A DNA stretch of 64,000 bases from Ignavibacteriota bacterium. GTDB taxonomy: Bacteria > Bacteroidota > Ignavibacteria > UBA10030. Below are positions 9,798-17,916 of this stretch, one piece after another; the first letter of the stretch is position 1; each line of letters opens with the position of its first letter. The notes under the pieces were generated by a model. That model searched no databases. It was not told where the DNA came from and saw nothing but the letters and a program-made list of their open reading frames with translations. Made by a program: the position numbers and the translations under genes. The stretch is from positions 352,001 through 416,000 of the forward strand of contig CAVSHO010000001.1 of the NCBI GenBank assembly GCA_963727825.1. The letters run 5' to 3'.

Positions 9798-10796
9798 ATG
9801 AATCGCTTTCGTTTTTTATTAATTACCATACTCATTCTATTTGCAGCATCTTTCACCAGACTTCAATCTCAATCAGCAATTGGAAATCCCAATCATTTGT
9901 TGCTCGGCAAAGGATCATTAAATTTTCTTGTCATCAGTGATTGGGGCAGAGAGGGTATCGATGACACAGATAAGAAAGCACCCGGTCAACTGAAGGTAGC
10001 AAGACAACTTGGAGTTACTGCAAAAATGGTCAAAGCGTCGTTTGTTGTTTCATGTGGCGACAATTTTCATGGACATGGGGTATCCAGCAGTACGGATTCT
10101 CTATGGAAAGTGAATTTTGAGAATGTTTACAATGCGAAATCATTAATGATTCCATGGTACATAGCACTCGGTAACCATGATTATGCAGGTAACGCAGATG
10201 CAGAACTTGAGTATGCAAAGACAAGCAAGAGGTGGGTAGAACCTGCGCGTTATTTCTCTTTCACTAAGAAACTTCATGGTTCAACGCGGGTTCTTTTTGT
10301 CATTCTTGATTCTTCACCCTTTGTCGAAGAATACATCAATGAAAAAAGCGATGGACATCATGTGAGTGGCCAAAAGATAGCAGTACAACTGCGATGGTGC
10401 GACAGTGTGCTAAGCTCATCGAGCGCAAGTTGGAAATTCGTATTCTTTCATCATCCCGCATATTCCGCTTCTTCTAAACATGGCAGCACCGTGGAAATTC
10501 AGCGCGCGTTCGTTCCTTTGTTTGAAAAGTATCACGTCGATGCCTGCTTCTCAGGTCATGATCATGATTTACAACACTCACGCCCAGATGATGCAACTGT
10601 AGAATATTTTGGATGCGGCGGCGGTTCTGAAACAAGGCCTGCAGGGCAAGCGCCTTTTACGAAGTACAGTAATGCTTCTTTAGGTTTTGGAGTAGCCTCA
10701 CTGACTCAAAGTACAATAAGATTCAGCTTTGTCAACGAGAATGGAGAACAAATTTATGTATATGACATGCATAAGAGAACTGCCAAAGGGCAATAG
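9798..10796 (+). CDS. Exported purple/tartrate-resistant acid phosphatase-like metallophosphoesterase
   Basis: Signal peptide; DWG, GDNF(H), GNHD, HHP and GHDH motifs. Confidence 0.88.
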   Translation: MNRFRFLLITILILFAASFTRLQSQSAIGNPNHLLLGKGSLNFLVISDWGREGIDDTDKKAPGQLKVARQLGVTAKMVKASFVVSCGDNFHGHGVSSSTDSLWKVNFENVYNAKSLMIPWYIALGNHDYAGNADAELEYAKTSKRWVEPARYFSFTKKLHGSTRVLFVILDSSPFVEEYINEKSDGHHVSGQKIAVQLRWCDSVLSSSSASWKFVFFHHPAYSASSKHGSTVEIQRAFVPLFEKYHVDACFSGHDHDLQHSRPDDATVEYFGCGGGSETRPAGQAPFTKYSNASLGFGVASLTQSTIRFSFVNENGEQIYVYDMHKRTAKGQ

Positions 10797-10876
10797 TTGA
10801 AACGTTCGGTAACAACAATTAAGCTGCTTGACCTAATGTTTGTATTAACAGTATACTACTTTCTTAAGGGGAACAT

Positions 10877-11305
10877 ATGACACATCTAAAAGAAATCATT
10901 AACGCTATTGGTGCTCATGGAAACTGGAAACAACGTCTTCGGCGAGCAATAGAAACAGGGAATAGTGATTTTACCGTTGAAAAAATAAGAGTCGATAATC
11001 AATGCGACTTTGGTAAATGGCTACATTCCTTATCTTCGGATGAAAAAAAGTCGTTTCATTGGACCAAAATTCAACAATTGCATGCAAAATTTCACATTGA
11101 AGCTGCCCGTTTATTCGAACTTGCAATACAAGGGAATCAAAAAGAGGCTTTGGATGCAATGGTCCTTGGAAGTGATTTTGCAAGATACTCCAGTGAATTA
11201 ACAATGGCAATGGTGCAATGGAAAAGATCATTAAAACAAACCGTCACCTTAACCAGATATCTAGACGCTCCTATTCTTTCCTATGACTTTGCCAATGATG
11301 TTTAA
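10877..11305 (+). CDS. Stand-alone CZB (chemoreceptor zinc-binding) domain protein
   Basis: AHGNWK, CDFGKWL and LHAKFH give the 3His-1Cys CZB ligand set. Confidence 0.85.
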   Translation: MTHLKEIINAIGAHGNWKQRLRRAIETGNSDFTVEKIRVDNQCDFGKWLHSLSSDEKKSFHWTKIQQLHAKFHIEAARLFELAIQGNQKEALDAMVLGSDFARYSSELTMAMVQWKRSLKQTVTLTRYLDAPILSYDFANDV

Positions 11306-11506
11306 TAATGAACTATAGAAGTGGAAACACGCTCCGCTTGTTTTGGGCAACATTGGAATTGGCCTGCATGCAGTAGTGCCTACGGCCTTTCCGCCGCACG
11401 CTTGCTGAAGGCGGGCACACAGGCAGATCACACGGCATCCCGATTTATCAGGAGGCCATCCGTTAGGCAACACAAAATGCATCAAAAATATATTCAGGGA
11501 GATTAT

Positions 11507-11734
11507 ATGAAACGGTATAAGAATCTTGCAGGTGACTCTAAGGTAATCGCATATGAATACGGCTCAGACTTTATACGGGTACAATTTAGAGACAACTCAG
11601 TTTATCGTTACACTTATGAAAGTGCTGGCAATGTCAATATTGAACAAATGAAAAAGTTAGCGAATGCAGGTCATGGACTCAATTCGTTCATTAATACGCA
11701 TGTTCGCAAGCTACAACAATTAAAAGAACGATAA
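11507..11734 (+). CDS. Small KTSC-like protein (75 aa)
   Basis: AGGGAG RBS then MKRYKNLAGDSKVIAYEYGSDFIRVQF...YRYTY...GLNSFIN. The longer ORF-track start at 11321 is unlikely. Confidence 0.75.
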   Translation: MKRYKNLAGDSKVIAYEYGSDFIRVQFRDNSVYRYTYESAGNVNIEQMKKLANAGHGLNSFINTHVRKLQQLKER

Positions 11735-11840
11735 ATACATCAGAGCTATTCAAATGCTGAAGGTTAACCACTGATAACTGTGGCAAACCAATACTCTAGA
11801 AAAAATGATACATAAACTATCACACATTAAGGAATAAACC

Positions 11841-12845
11841 ATGTCAAGCATACGTACACGATTGTTGATTCTCGGCACGCTCTATTGCTGTGCATTCCCA
11901 TTAGTCTTTGCTCAAGCCACACTTCCTATTGTTCTCGATACAATTGCTGTTGGAGGAACCGGAGGAATGGATTACATCACATGCGATCCGAAAATACATC
12001 GCCTGTATATCTCCCACGGCACTCGTGTTGAAGTCGTTCAGTACGATACAAAAGAGCATGTTGGAAGTATTGAGAAGACATCCGGTGTTCATGGCATAGT
12101 CCTCGCATCTGATCTCTCGCGCGGTTTCACAAGCAATGGTAAAGATGGCAGTGTCACCGTGTTTGACACCAAGACGCTGGCTGTTATTAAAACAATCGAG
12201 ACAAAGCAGCAGAAACCAGACGCCATTCTATTCGAACCAACGACGAAGCGCGTTTTTATTTTCAATGGCGATAGTGAAAACTGTACTGCAATAGATGCAA
12301 CGACGATGGAGATCGTCGGAACGCTGGCGCTTGGCGGTGGACCGGAGGCTCCTGTAGCGGATCGTAAAGGTGATATTTTCGTGAACATTGAAACGACCAA
12401 CGAAGTGGTCCGGTTCGATGCAGCATCGCTGAAGATAAAATCCCGCTGGCCAGTCGCTCCAGCACAAACACCAACAGGGATTTCGATGGATCGCGAAAAC
12501 CGAATTCTTTTCATCGGAGGAAGAAACCAGGTTTTTGTTGCAATGAATGCTGACGATGGTAAGATAATAGCAAGTTTTCCAATAGGGAAAGGTGTGGATG
12601 GCACTGCCTTCGACTCAAAGACAGGAATGATCTATGTCTCAAATAAAGACGGCAGCCTTGATGTGATTCAAGAAGAATCAGCATCGAAGTTTACTTCCGT
12701 TGGCAAACTCCAAACTTCTCCAGGAGCAAAAACACTTGCTCTTGATAACAAATTACACCGGGTATTTCTTCCTGCTGCCCGCCAAGTGGATGGGCCAGGT
12801 GGTATGAAGGGGGAGATGATGGTGCTTGTGGTAGGAGAACGATAG
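11841..12845 (+). CDS. Exported YncE/YVTN-family beta-propeller protein
   Basis: Signal peptide; GGMDYIT, VHGI, FTSNGKDGSVTVFD and PDAI repeats. Confidence 0.85.
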   Translation: MSSIRTRLLILGTLYCCAFPLVFAQATLPIVLDTIAVGGTGGMDYITCDPKIHRLYISHGTRVEVVQYDTKEHVGSIEKTSGVHGIVLASDLSRGFTSNGKDGSVTVFDTKTLAVIKTIETKQQKPDAILFEPTTKRVFIFNGDSENCTAIDATTMEIVGTLALGGGPEAPVADRKGDIFVNIETTNEVVRFDAASLKIKSRWPVAPAQTPTGISMDRENRILFIGGRNQVFVAMNADDGKIIASFPIGKGVDGTAFDSKTGMIYVSNKDGSLDVIQEESASKFTSVGKLQTSPGAKTLALDNKLHRVFLPAARQVDGPGGMKGEMMVLVVGER

Positions 12846-12917
12846 AATCGCGATGTGAAAATGAAGTGCCTCGGAATAATTTCCGAGGCATTCAATAATA
12901 AAAGGATACACTATTAT

Positions 12918-13388
12918 ATGAGAAGGTCATTTCAATTCTTGCCGATGACTTTAATGTTGTCTGGCACCGCGTTGGCACAAATCATCACGGCAAAACAAGT
13001 ACCACCTGTTGTGAAAGAAAATTTTCAAGCGAAGTTTCCAGCCATAAAACGTGCGCAGTGGAAATTCAAATCCGACAGAAACTATGAAGCCGAGTTTGCA
13101 CTGAAGGGAATAGAAATTGTAGCGAAATTCGATTCAACCGGTAAATGGTTGGAGACCGAATCCGCTGCATTTCGGTCTGCGGTTCCCGTAGCGGTATTAG
13201 ACACTATCTCCAGATACTTCAAGGCATATAAGATCGTCGAGATCCAAACCATATATCGCTGGAACGCGGAGTACGCGCTTTGGGAGATACATTTGGATGG
13301 TGCAAACGAAATCGTGAAAGCGCAGTTTGGCAACAATGGTCAGATAATAAGTCAATCCACAAAACCTAAATTTCAAAAAGAGAAGTAG
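12918..13388 (+). CDS. Periplasmic PepSY-like (BLIP-like) repeat protein
   Basis: Signal peptide; two repeats VPPVVKENFQAKFP...YEAEF...FDSTGKWLETE and VPVAVLDTISRYF. Confidence 0.75.
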   Translation: MRRSFQFLPMTLMLSGTALAQIITAKQVPPVVKENFQAKFPAIKRAQWKFKSDRNYEAEFALKGIEIVAKFDSTGKWLETESAAFRSAVPVAVLDTISRYFKAYKIVEIQTIYRWNAEYALWEIHLDGANEIVKAQFGNNGQIISQSTKPKFQKEK

Positions 13389-13407
13389 TACCATCCATAC
13401 CGACAAG

Positions 13408-13476
13408 TCAACATTCTGTTTACGAAATCTTCACATTCTTATCATCCTCCCGTAACACCAGAATGACATCTTAACA
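13408..13476 (+). promoter_or_regulatory. Pho-box-like array of six hexamers at 11-bp spacing, upstream of the EEP gene
   Basis: TCAACA 13408, TTTACG 13419, TTCACA 13430, ATCATC 13441, GTAACA 13452, ATGACA 13463, plus an off-phase TTAACA at 13471. Resembles the TT(A/T/C)ACA-N5 PhoP box. Confidence 0.65.
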
Positions 13477-13525
13477 ATATATTAAAGGAATCGAATTCAT
13501 ATTAATTCGTTTAAAAGAGGAATAT

Positions 13526-14614
13526 ATGAAGCAATTGCTCAGGGTATTTGCATGGATTCTGGCGGCACTCATTATACTGCTTATAGTTGGTTCGACACTT
13601 GATCACCTCGATGCGTTCAGCAGCAAAGACGCTTTGTATGGATTAGATTTCCTTCCAGCATTGTGGGTCAGTGCTATTGCGGTTGTACCGATCGTTCTAT
13701 TCTTTCTCTTTGGAAAAAAGAGAATTGCCTTTCTGTTATTAACCGTTGTTTGCATTTACACAGCGGCTTTTGGTGATTTCTCTCTTTCATTTCTTATTCC
13801 ACGAAACCGACCGCAATCTACCATAGCAAAAAAGATAACTGTCGTTGCGTTGAATGTTCAATATTATTCGCATGGCGTCAATGAAGTGATAGATGGTATT
13901 CTTTCTCTTGGGGCCGATGTGGCGCTCCTATCAGAAAACGACCTTTCTGATAGCCTCACTTCTGTTGTGAAGAAAAAAATTGCTCCAATGCAGATATGTA
14001 TGGGACATAAAAACAGCGTCGCTATTCTTTCACGATATCCAATTGTCGATTTTAAGGAAATAGAACTTCCAAGTTACGAGGCGTCTTTATCCGGGAGCAA
14101 CGATATCGATGATCTTTCCCGCCATCCTCACCGTTCGTTTGTGTACGCGCTCCTTAACGTTAATGGGACTCAAGTGAATGTTGTATCGATCAGATTTATT
14201 GCTGGCAGGCCAAAAAATAATACACTTGGGGAAAATTTACGTTGGGGAAGGTATCTTCTTGCAATGCAAATGGAGGAGGTTGATGCTTTTACCACGTACT
14301 TGCACGGACTTCATGGCCCGGTTATTTTTGGTGGCGACCTCAATGCACCACCATTATCAAAACCAATGCGTAAGATTCAATGCATGGCGACTGATGCCTA
14401 CATGGCTAATCATTTCTGGGGAGATTATACATTCCGTACTGAATTGCCCACGATGAGATTAGATTATCTCTTCAGCATAAACAACGTCATTCCTGATAAC
14501 GCTCGAAGACCGCATCTGACAGTTTCGGATCACTTTCCAGTGGTCGCTGATTTCTGGATTCCAATCATAGAAACGGTTCAAGCGACAAAAAGGGGCATCG
14601 TCTCTCTTTATTAG
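13526..14614 (+). CDS. Membrane-anchored endonuclease/exonuclease/phosphatase (EEP) family protein
   Basis: Three N-terminal TM segments; ALNV, DVALLSE, AILSRYPI, GGDLN, RLDYLF and SDHFPV motifs. Confidence 0.9.
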   Translation: MKQLLRVFAWILAALIILLIVGSTLDHLDAFSSKDALYGLDFLPALWVSAIAVVPIVLFFLFGKKRIAFLLLTVVCIYTAAFGDFSLSFLIPRNRPQSTIAKKITVVALNVQYYSHGVNEVIDGILSLGADVALLSENDLSDSLTSVVKKKIAPMQICMGHKNSVAILSRYPIVDFKEIELPSYEASLSGSNDIDDLSRHPHRSFVYALLNVNGTQVNVVSIRFIAGRPKNNTLGENLRWGRYLLAMQMEEVDAFTTYLHGLHGPVIFGGDLNAPPLSKPMRKIQCMATDAYMANHFWGDYTFRTELPTMRLDYLFSINNVIPDNARRPHLTVSDHFPVVADFWIPIIETVQATKRGIVSLY

Positions 14615-14645
14615 GGTAGCTGGTTCACGCAGCTTTTCAGAATAA

Positions 14646-15332
14646 TTACTTCAGCATTGTTACGAACGAATTGTCTAGCCAGACAGGCGCGTCATTGCTG
14701 TTGTTGAAGTATGTTGCTGTGCTATATGCAACAATCACACCTATTATGGATCCCGCGTAAATATCCACAAAAAAATGTTGTGACAAATAAACGCGAGAGA
14801 ATGCAATAATACAAGCGGCAATGAACAATAAGGGTCGTAGCAAGCGTTGCTTTGTCATCATGCATAAAAGTGTGCAGGTGGTAAAGATTGTTGCGCTGTG
14901 ACCTGATGGAAAACTATTAAAGGAATAGACTTCGACACCGGGAACAAGGTACAATTGATGAATCCCTTTAAAGAATTGACACGGTCGGAATGAATCGGAA
15001 AAAAATAATCTCTTTAGTAATTGAATAATAACAGAGCATGAAATATTACTTATCGCGAGCATCATTGCATATCGGAATCTGATAAATAATAAAATCAATA
15101 CCAATATTGTTGCACTAATACCGTCTCCTAAAAGAGTTGCATATGTAAAAAAGACATCAGCAGCAGACGAGTGATATTGATTGATAAAAAGGTGGATGTA
15201 TGCTTTCGGAATAAGAAGGAGGATGAATCCGCCGAAAAGGATAAATACATACATCCACTCGATAAATGGTGAACTATACTTGATCTGCTGAATAATTCTT
15301 TGTAAGAGTATTTGTCTTGAATGAATATTCAC
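14646..15332 (-). CDS. PAP2-family membrane phosphatase
   Basis: K-x6-RP (KRLFFSDSFRP), SFPSGH and SRVYLSQHF motifs; GTG start overlaps the upstream TGA. Confidence 0.9.
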   Translation of the reverse strand: MNIHSRQILLQRIIQQIKYSSPFIEWMYVFILFGGFILLLIPKAYIHLFINQYHSSAADVFFTYATLLGDGISATILVLILLFIRFRYAMMLAISNISCSVIIQLLKRLFFSDSFRPCQFFKGIHQLYLVPGVEVYSFNSFPSGHSATIFTTCTLLCMMTKQRLLRPLLFIAACIIAFSRVYLSQHFFVDIYAGSIIGVIVAYSTATYFNNSNDAPVWLDNSFVTMLK

Positions 15333-16045
15333 TGTACAGCCTGTTTTTCCTGAAATTTATATCCCACTCCTGGTACTGTTTCGATATAAGATGCGTATCC
15401 TTTAAGTTTCTTTCGTATGCGTCCGATGTGTACATCTATTGTACGGTTGGCTGAACTGTCGTAGTGACCCCAGATAGTATGAAACAACACCTGACGCGTC
15501 ACTACTCGTCCATGGTTTTTTGCAAGTTGTATAAGAATTTCAAATTCCCTTTTAGAAAACTCGACTTGTTCCTTTCCACAGATCACTGTAAATTGAGAAA
15601 TTAGAATCGATAAATCATCGATCGTGATTATATCATTCTCTCTATCCTGCATAGTTAGCTGTTGTTGATCTTGTCGTCTAAAAAGTGCGCGTATCCGGGC
15701 TTTCAAACGAGGTATTTGCAAGGGTTTAGCGATATAATCATCTGCACCGACTTCAAGACTAATAATTTCATCTATCTCTGTCTCCTTATTACTCAGAATG
15801 AATACAGGAACATCGGGCAATTCAGGTTTTTGTTTGACAACTCGAAGAAAATCCAATCCGTTCATATCCGGCAGCTGAGGATTAAGAATGATGAGGTCTG
15901 GAAAAAACTGCAAGTGGTTCAACGCTTCCCGGCCTGAAGAAGCGGTCGTCACGTAATACCCTTCCTGCGAAAGAACACTTGATAACATCGAAGATGTTTC
16001 TGTATCCAAATCAACGATGAGAATAGATTTACAAGCTATGGTCAT
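15329..16045 (-). CDS. OmpR/PhoB-family response regulator with atypical receiver (phospho-Asp replaced by Asn)
   Basis: PDLIILNPQLP where the canonical motif is DLIILD; GADDYIAKP; wHTH RTIDVHIGRIRKKL...IETVPGVGYKF. Confidence 0.88.
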   Translation of the reverse strand: MTIACKSILIVDLDTETSSMLSSVLSQEGYYVTTASSGREALNHLQFFPDLIILNPQLPDMNGLDFLRVVKQKPELPDVPVFILSNKETEIDEIISLEVGADDYIAKPLQIPRLKARIRALFRRQDQQQLTMQDRENDIITIDDLSILISQFTVICGKEQVEFSKREFEILIQLAKNHGRVVTRQVLFHTIWGHYDSSANRTIDVHIGRIRKKLKGYASYIETVPGVGYKFQEKQAVQ

Positions 16046-16055
16046 AGGTTCTTCG

Positions 16056-16083
16056 TTTACAATAGTTTTACAGAAGGGTAACG
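16056..16083 (+). promoter_or_regulatory. Pho-box-like triple repeat in the divergent promoter region
   Basis: TTTACA 16056, TTTACA 16067, GTAACG 16078 (11-bp period). Confidence 0.6.
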
Positions 16084-16175
16084 AATTGTTTCTTGCTCGT
16101 CTGCCAATGAATGAATAAGTTGTGATTGAATAAATTTCATGAACATGAACTTTTACTATATACGAGATAATACTT

Positions 16176-16991
16176 ATGAAAAATCAATCTTCTCTTTCTA
16201 CAATAATTCCTCTGTTTCAATCTGTGGAGGAAAATTTCCGTAATAATAACCTGGAACTTGCACTGTCAGGAGTTCGTTCCATTCTCGCAGACGATCCAAA
16301 AAACTTCTATGCAATTGCAATTGAGCGTCGTCTGAAGCGTATTTTTGATCTTCAACAAAAACCGTCTACTGCCTCTAATGCGACGGAATATTCTCGTGCC
16401 CGAATGATTGCTGCACTGGAACACGTTTGTCATATGGCTGTACAACAATTGACGAAAATTTCTGAACAGGCATCGGTCCATGACATGAGTCACCAATTGC
16501 GAGAACAAGCGTTGGAGAACAAATATCAAGCGCTGCTGCATCGAGCAAGACAGCAATTCCATATTCAAGAATATAGCCGCGCTCTTCAAGAAGCGGAACG
16601 TGCTCGTATTATCCGGCCGGATAGCGTTGAAGCTGATACCTTGATTCTGGAAATCAAAGCTCATATAGCAACTCCAGCAGTAAAAGAAAAACAACAGGCG
16701 CGGTTAGAAGATGCGGCCAAAGAAAAAAATGAAAAGCCGAAACAGGCACGAGAATTAAAAAATAAAACAGCCATTGAAAGGTCTGAAGTTGTAACTGAGA
16801 AGATTCTTTCTTCCATCTCCTTTGCTGATTATCACCGGACGAATGCCGATTATGCTGTCTGTCTCCAATATATTGAGCAAGGATTAGAGCTCGATCCTTC
16901 CAATGAAGTGCTCCTTCAGATGAAAGAAGAAGTTGAAAAGGTTGTAATGGAAAAATTCTCGGAGAAGGAGTCTTCATATCAGTTAGTCTGA
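16176..16991 (+). CDS. Helical TPR-like hypothetical protein
   Basis: Three TPR-like hairpins (LADDPKNFYA, RIIRPDSVEA, LELDPSNEVL) separated by coiled or charged linkers. Confidence 0.65.
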   Translation: MKNQSSLSTIIPLFQSVEENFRNNNLELALSGVRSILADDPKNFYAIAIERRLKRIFDLQQKPSTASNATEYSRARMIAALEHVCHMAVQQLTKISEQASVHDMSHQLREQALENKYQALLHRARQQFHIQEYSRALQEAERARIIRPDSVEADTLILEIKAHIATPAVKEKQQARLEDAAKEKNEKPKQARELKNKTAIERSEVVTEKILSSISFADYHRTNADYAVCLQYIEQGLELDPSNEVLLQMKEEVEKVVMEKFSEKESSYQLV

Positions 16992-17765
16992 AGTGTGTAA
17001 AGACAGTTCAGCAAGATGTAGGCGTGCTTCGTCTTGCTGTTGCTTTTCGCGGAGGTTCTTTGGAACATGCTTTATCACTTCTTTCAATGAAGATACTGCC
17101 AGGGATTTGTTTCCCATCGCTTTATAAGTCCAGAAGAGTTCATAGTAGGCGAACGAATTGGACGAGTCGTACCGTAAAGCAGTTTTCAAATAATGTTCTG
17201 ATGCTTCCAGGGAACCAGAGAGATCTTCGCCAAATACCACGCGCACGATGCCTTTTTCCAGCCAGCTGAGTTTTGAACCCTCACGTTCGAAAATTGCGCG
17301 AACGACGTATGGATAAGAAAACGTCGAATCGCACTCCAGAGATCTCTGAATGTGCGACTTCACATCTTTCCCAATAGATATTTTCTCTCGAATACCAACA
17401 AACGGAATAAGGCTTCCTTTTGCCAGTGCATACCAGAAATGTGCTGCCGCACTATCGGGATAATTGTGTGCAAGAGAGTCTGCAAACTCAATAGCCTTCT
17501 TATATTCCAGCTCAGAAGCCGAGTCTTTGTTCAGATGAATTCTTCCATTGTCGTTGTGAATGCGAACCATACGAAGTAAGCAGGCATAACTCGTAGGAGA
17601 TTCATTGTAAGCCTGCTCGTATTCCTGCTGAGCTGATTTATTATCGAATGCTTGATAATAATAATCTCCCATGGCTATGTGGTTCTCCTTAGGGGGATTC
17701 GAAAAATAGATGATTAATCCAAAAAGTGCGGTGAATATAAATTGTGCCGCTTGTGTCAATTCCAT
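16983..17765 (-). CDS. Membrane-anchored or exported TPR protein resembling the RMD1-3 (regulator of microtubule dynamics) family
   Basis: N-terminal hydrophobic segment; AHFWYALAKG...GIREKI...KSHIQRSLE...KLSWLEK...FGEDLSGSLEAS pattern typical of RMDN-like proteins. Confidence 0.65.
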   Translation of the reverse strand: MELTQAAQFIFTALFGLIIYFSNPPKENHIAMGDYYYQAFDNKSAQQEYEQAYNESPTSYACLLRMVRIHNDNGRIHLNKDSASELEYKKAIEFADSLAHNYPDSAAAHFWYALAKGSLIPFVGIREKISIGKDVKSHIQRSLECDSTFSYPYVVRAIFEREGSKLSWLEKGIVRVVFGEDLSGSLEASEHYLKTALRYDSSNSFAYYELFWTYKAMGNKSLAVSSLKEVIKHVPKNLREKQQQDEARLHLAELSLHTSD

Positions 17766-17916
17766 GATGATCATTTCCTTATGAGTACGATAATAAGGAT
17801 ACAAAACGCATCTTGCTGAACAATAACCGATTCATTACCAATTTGTTAAGTCTGTTAGTGTATCTTGTAAAGGCCAAAATGTGACCGTATATTAATATGC
17901 AAGAGAAGAAATCGTT

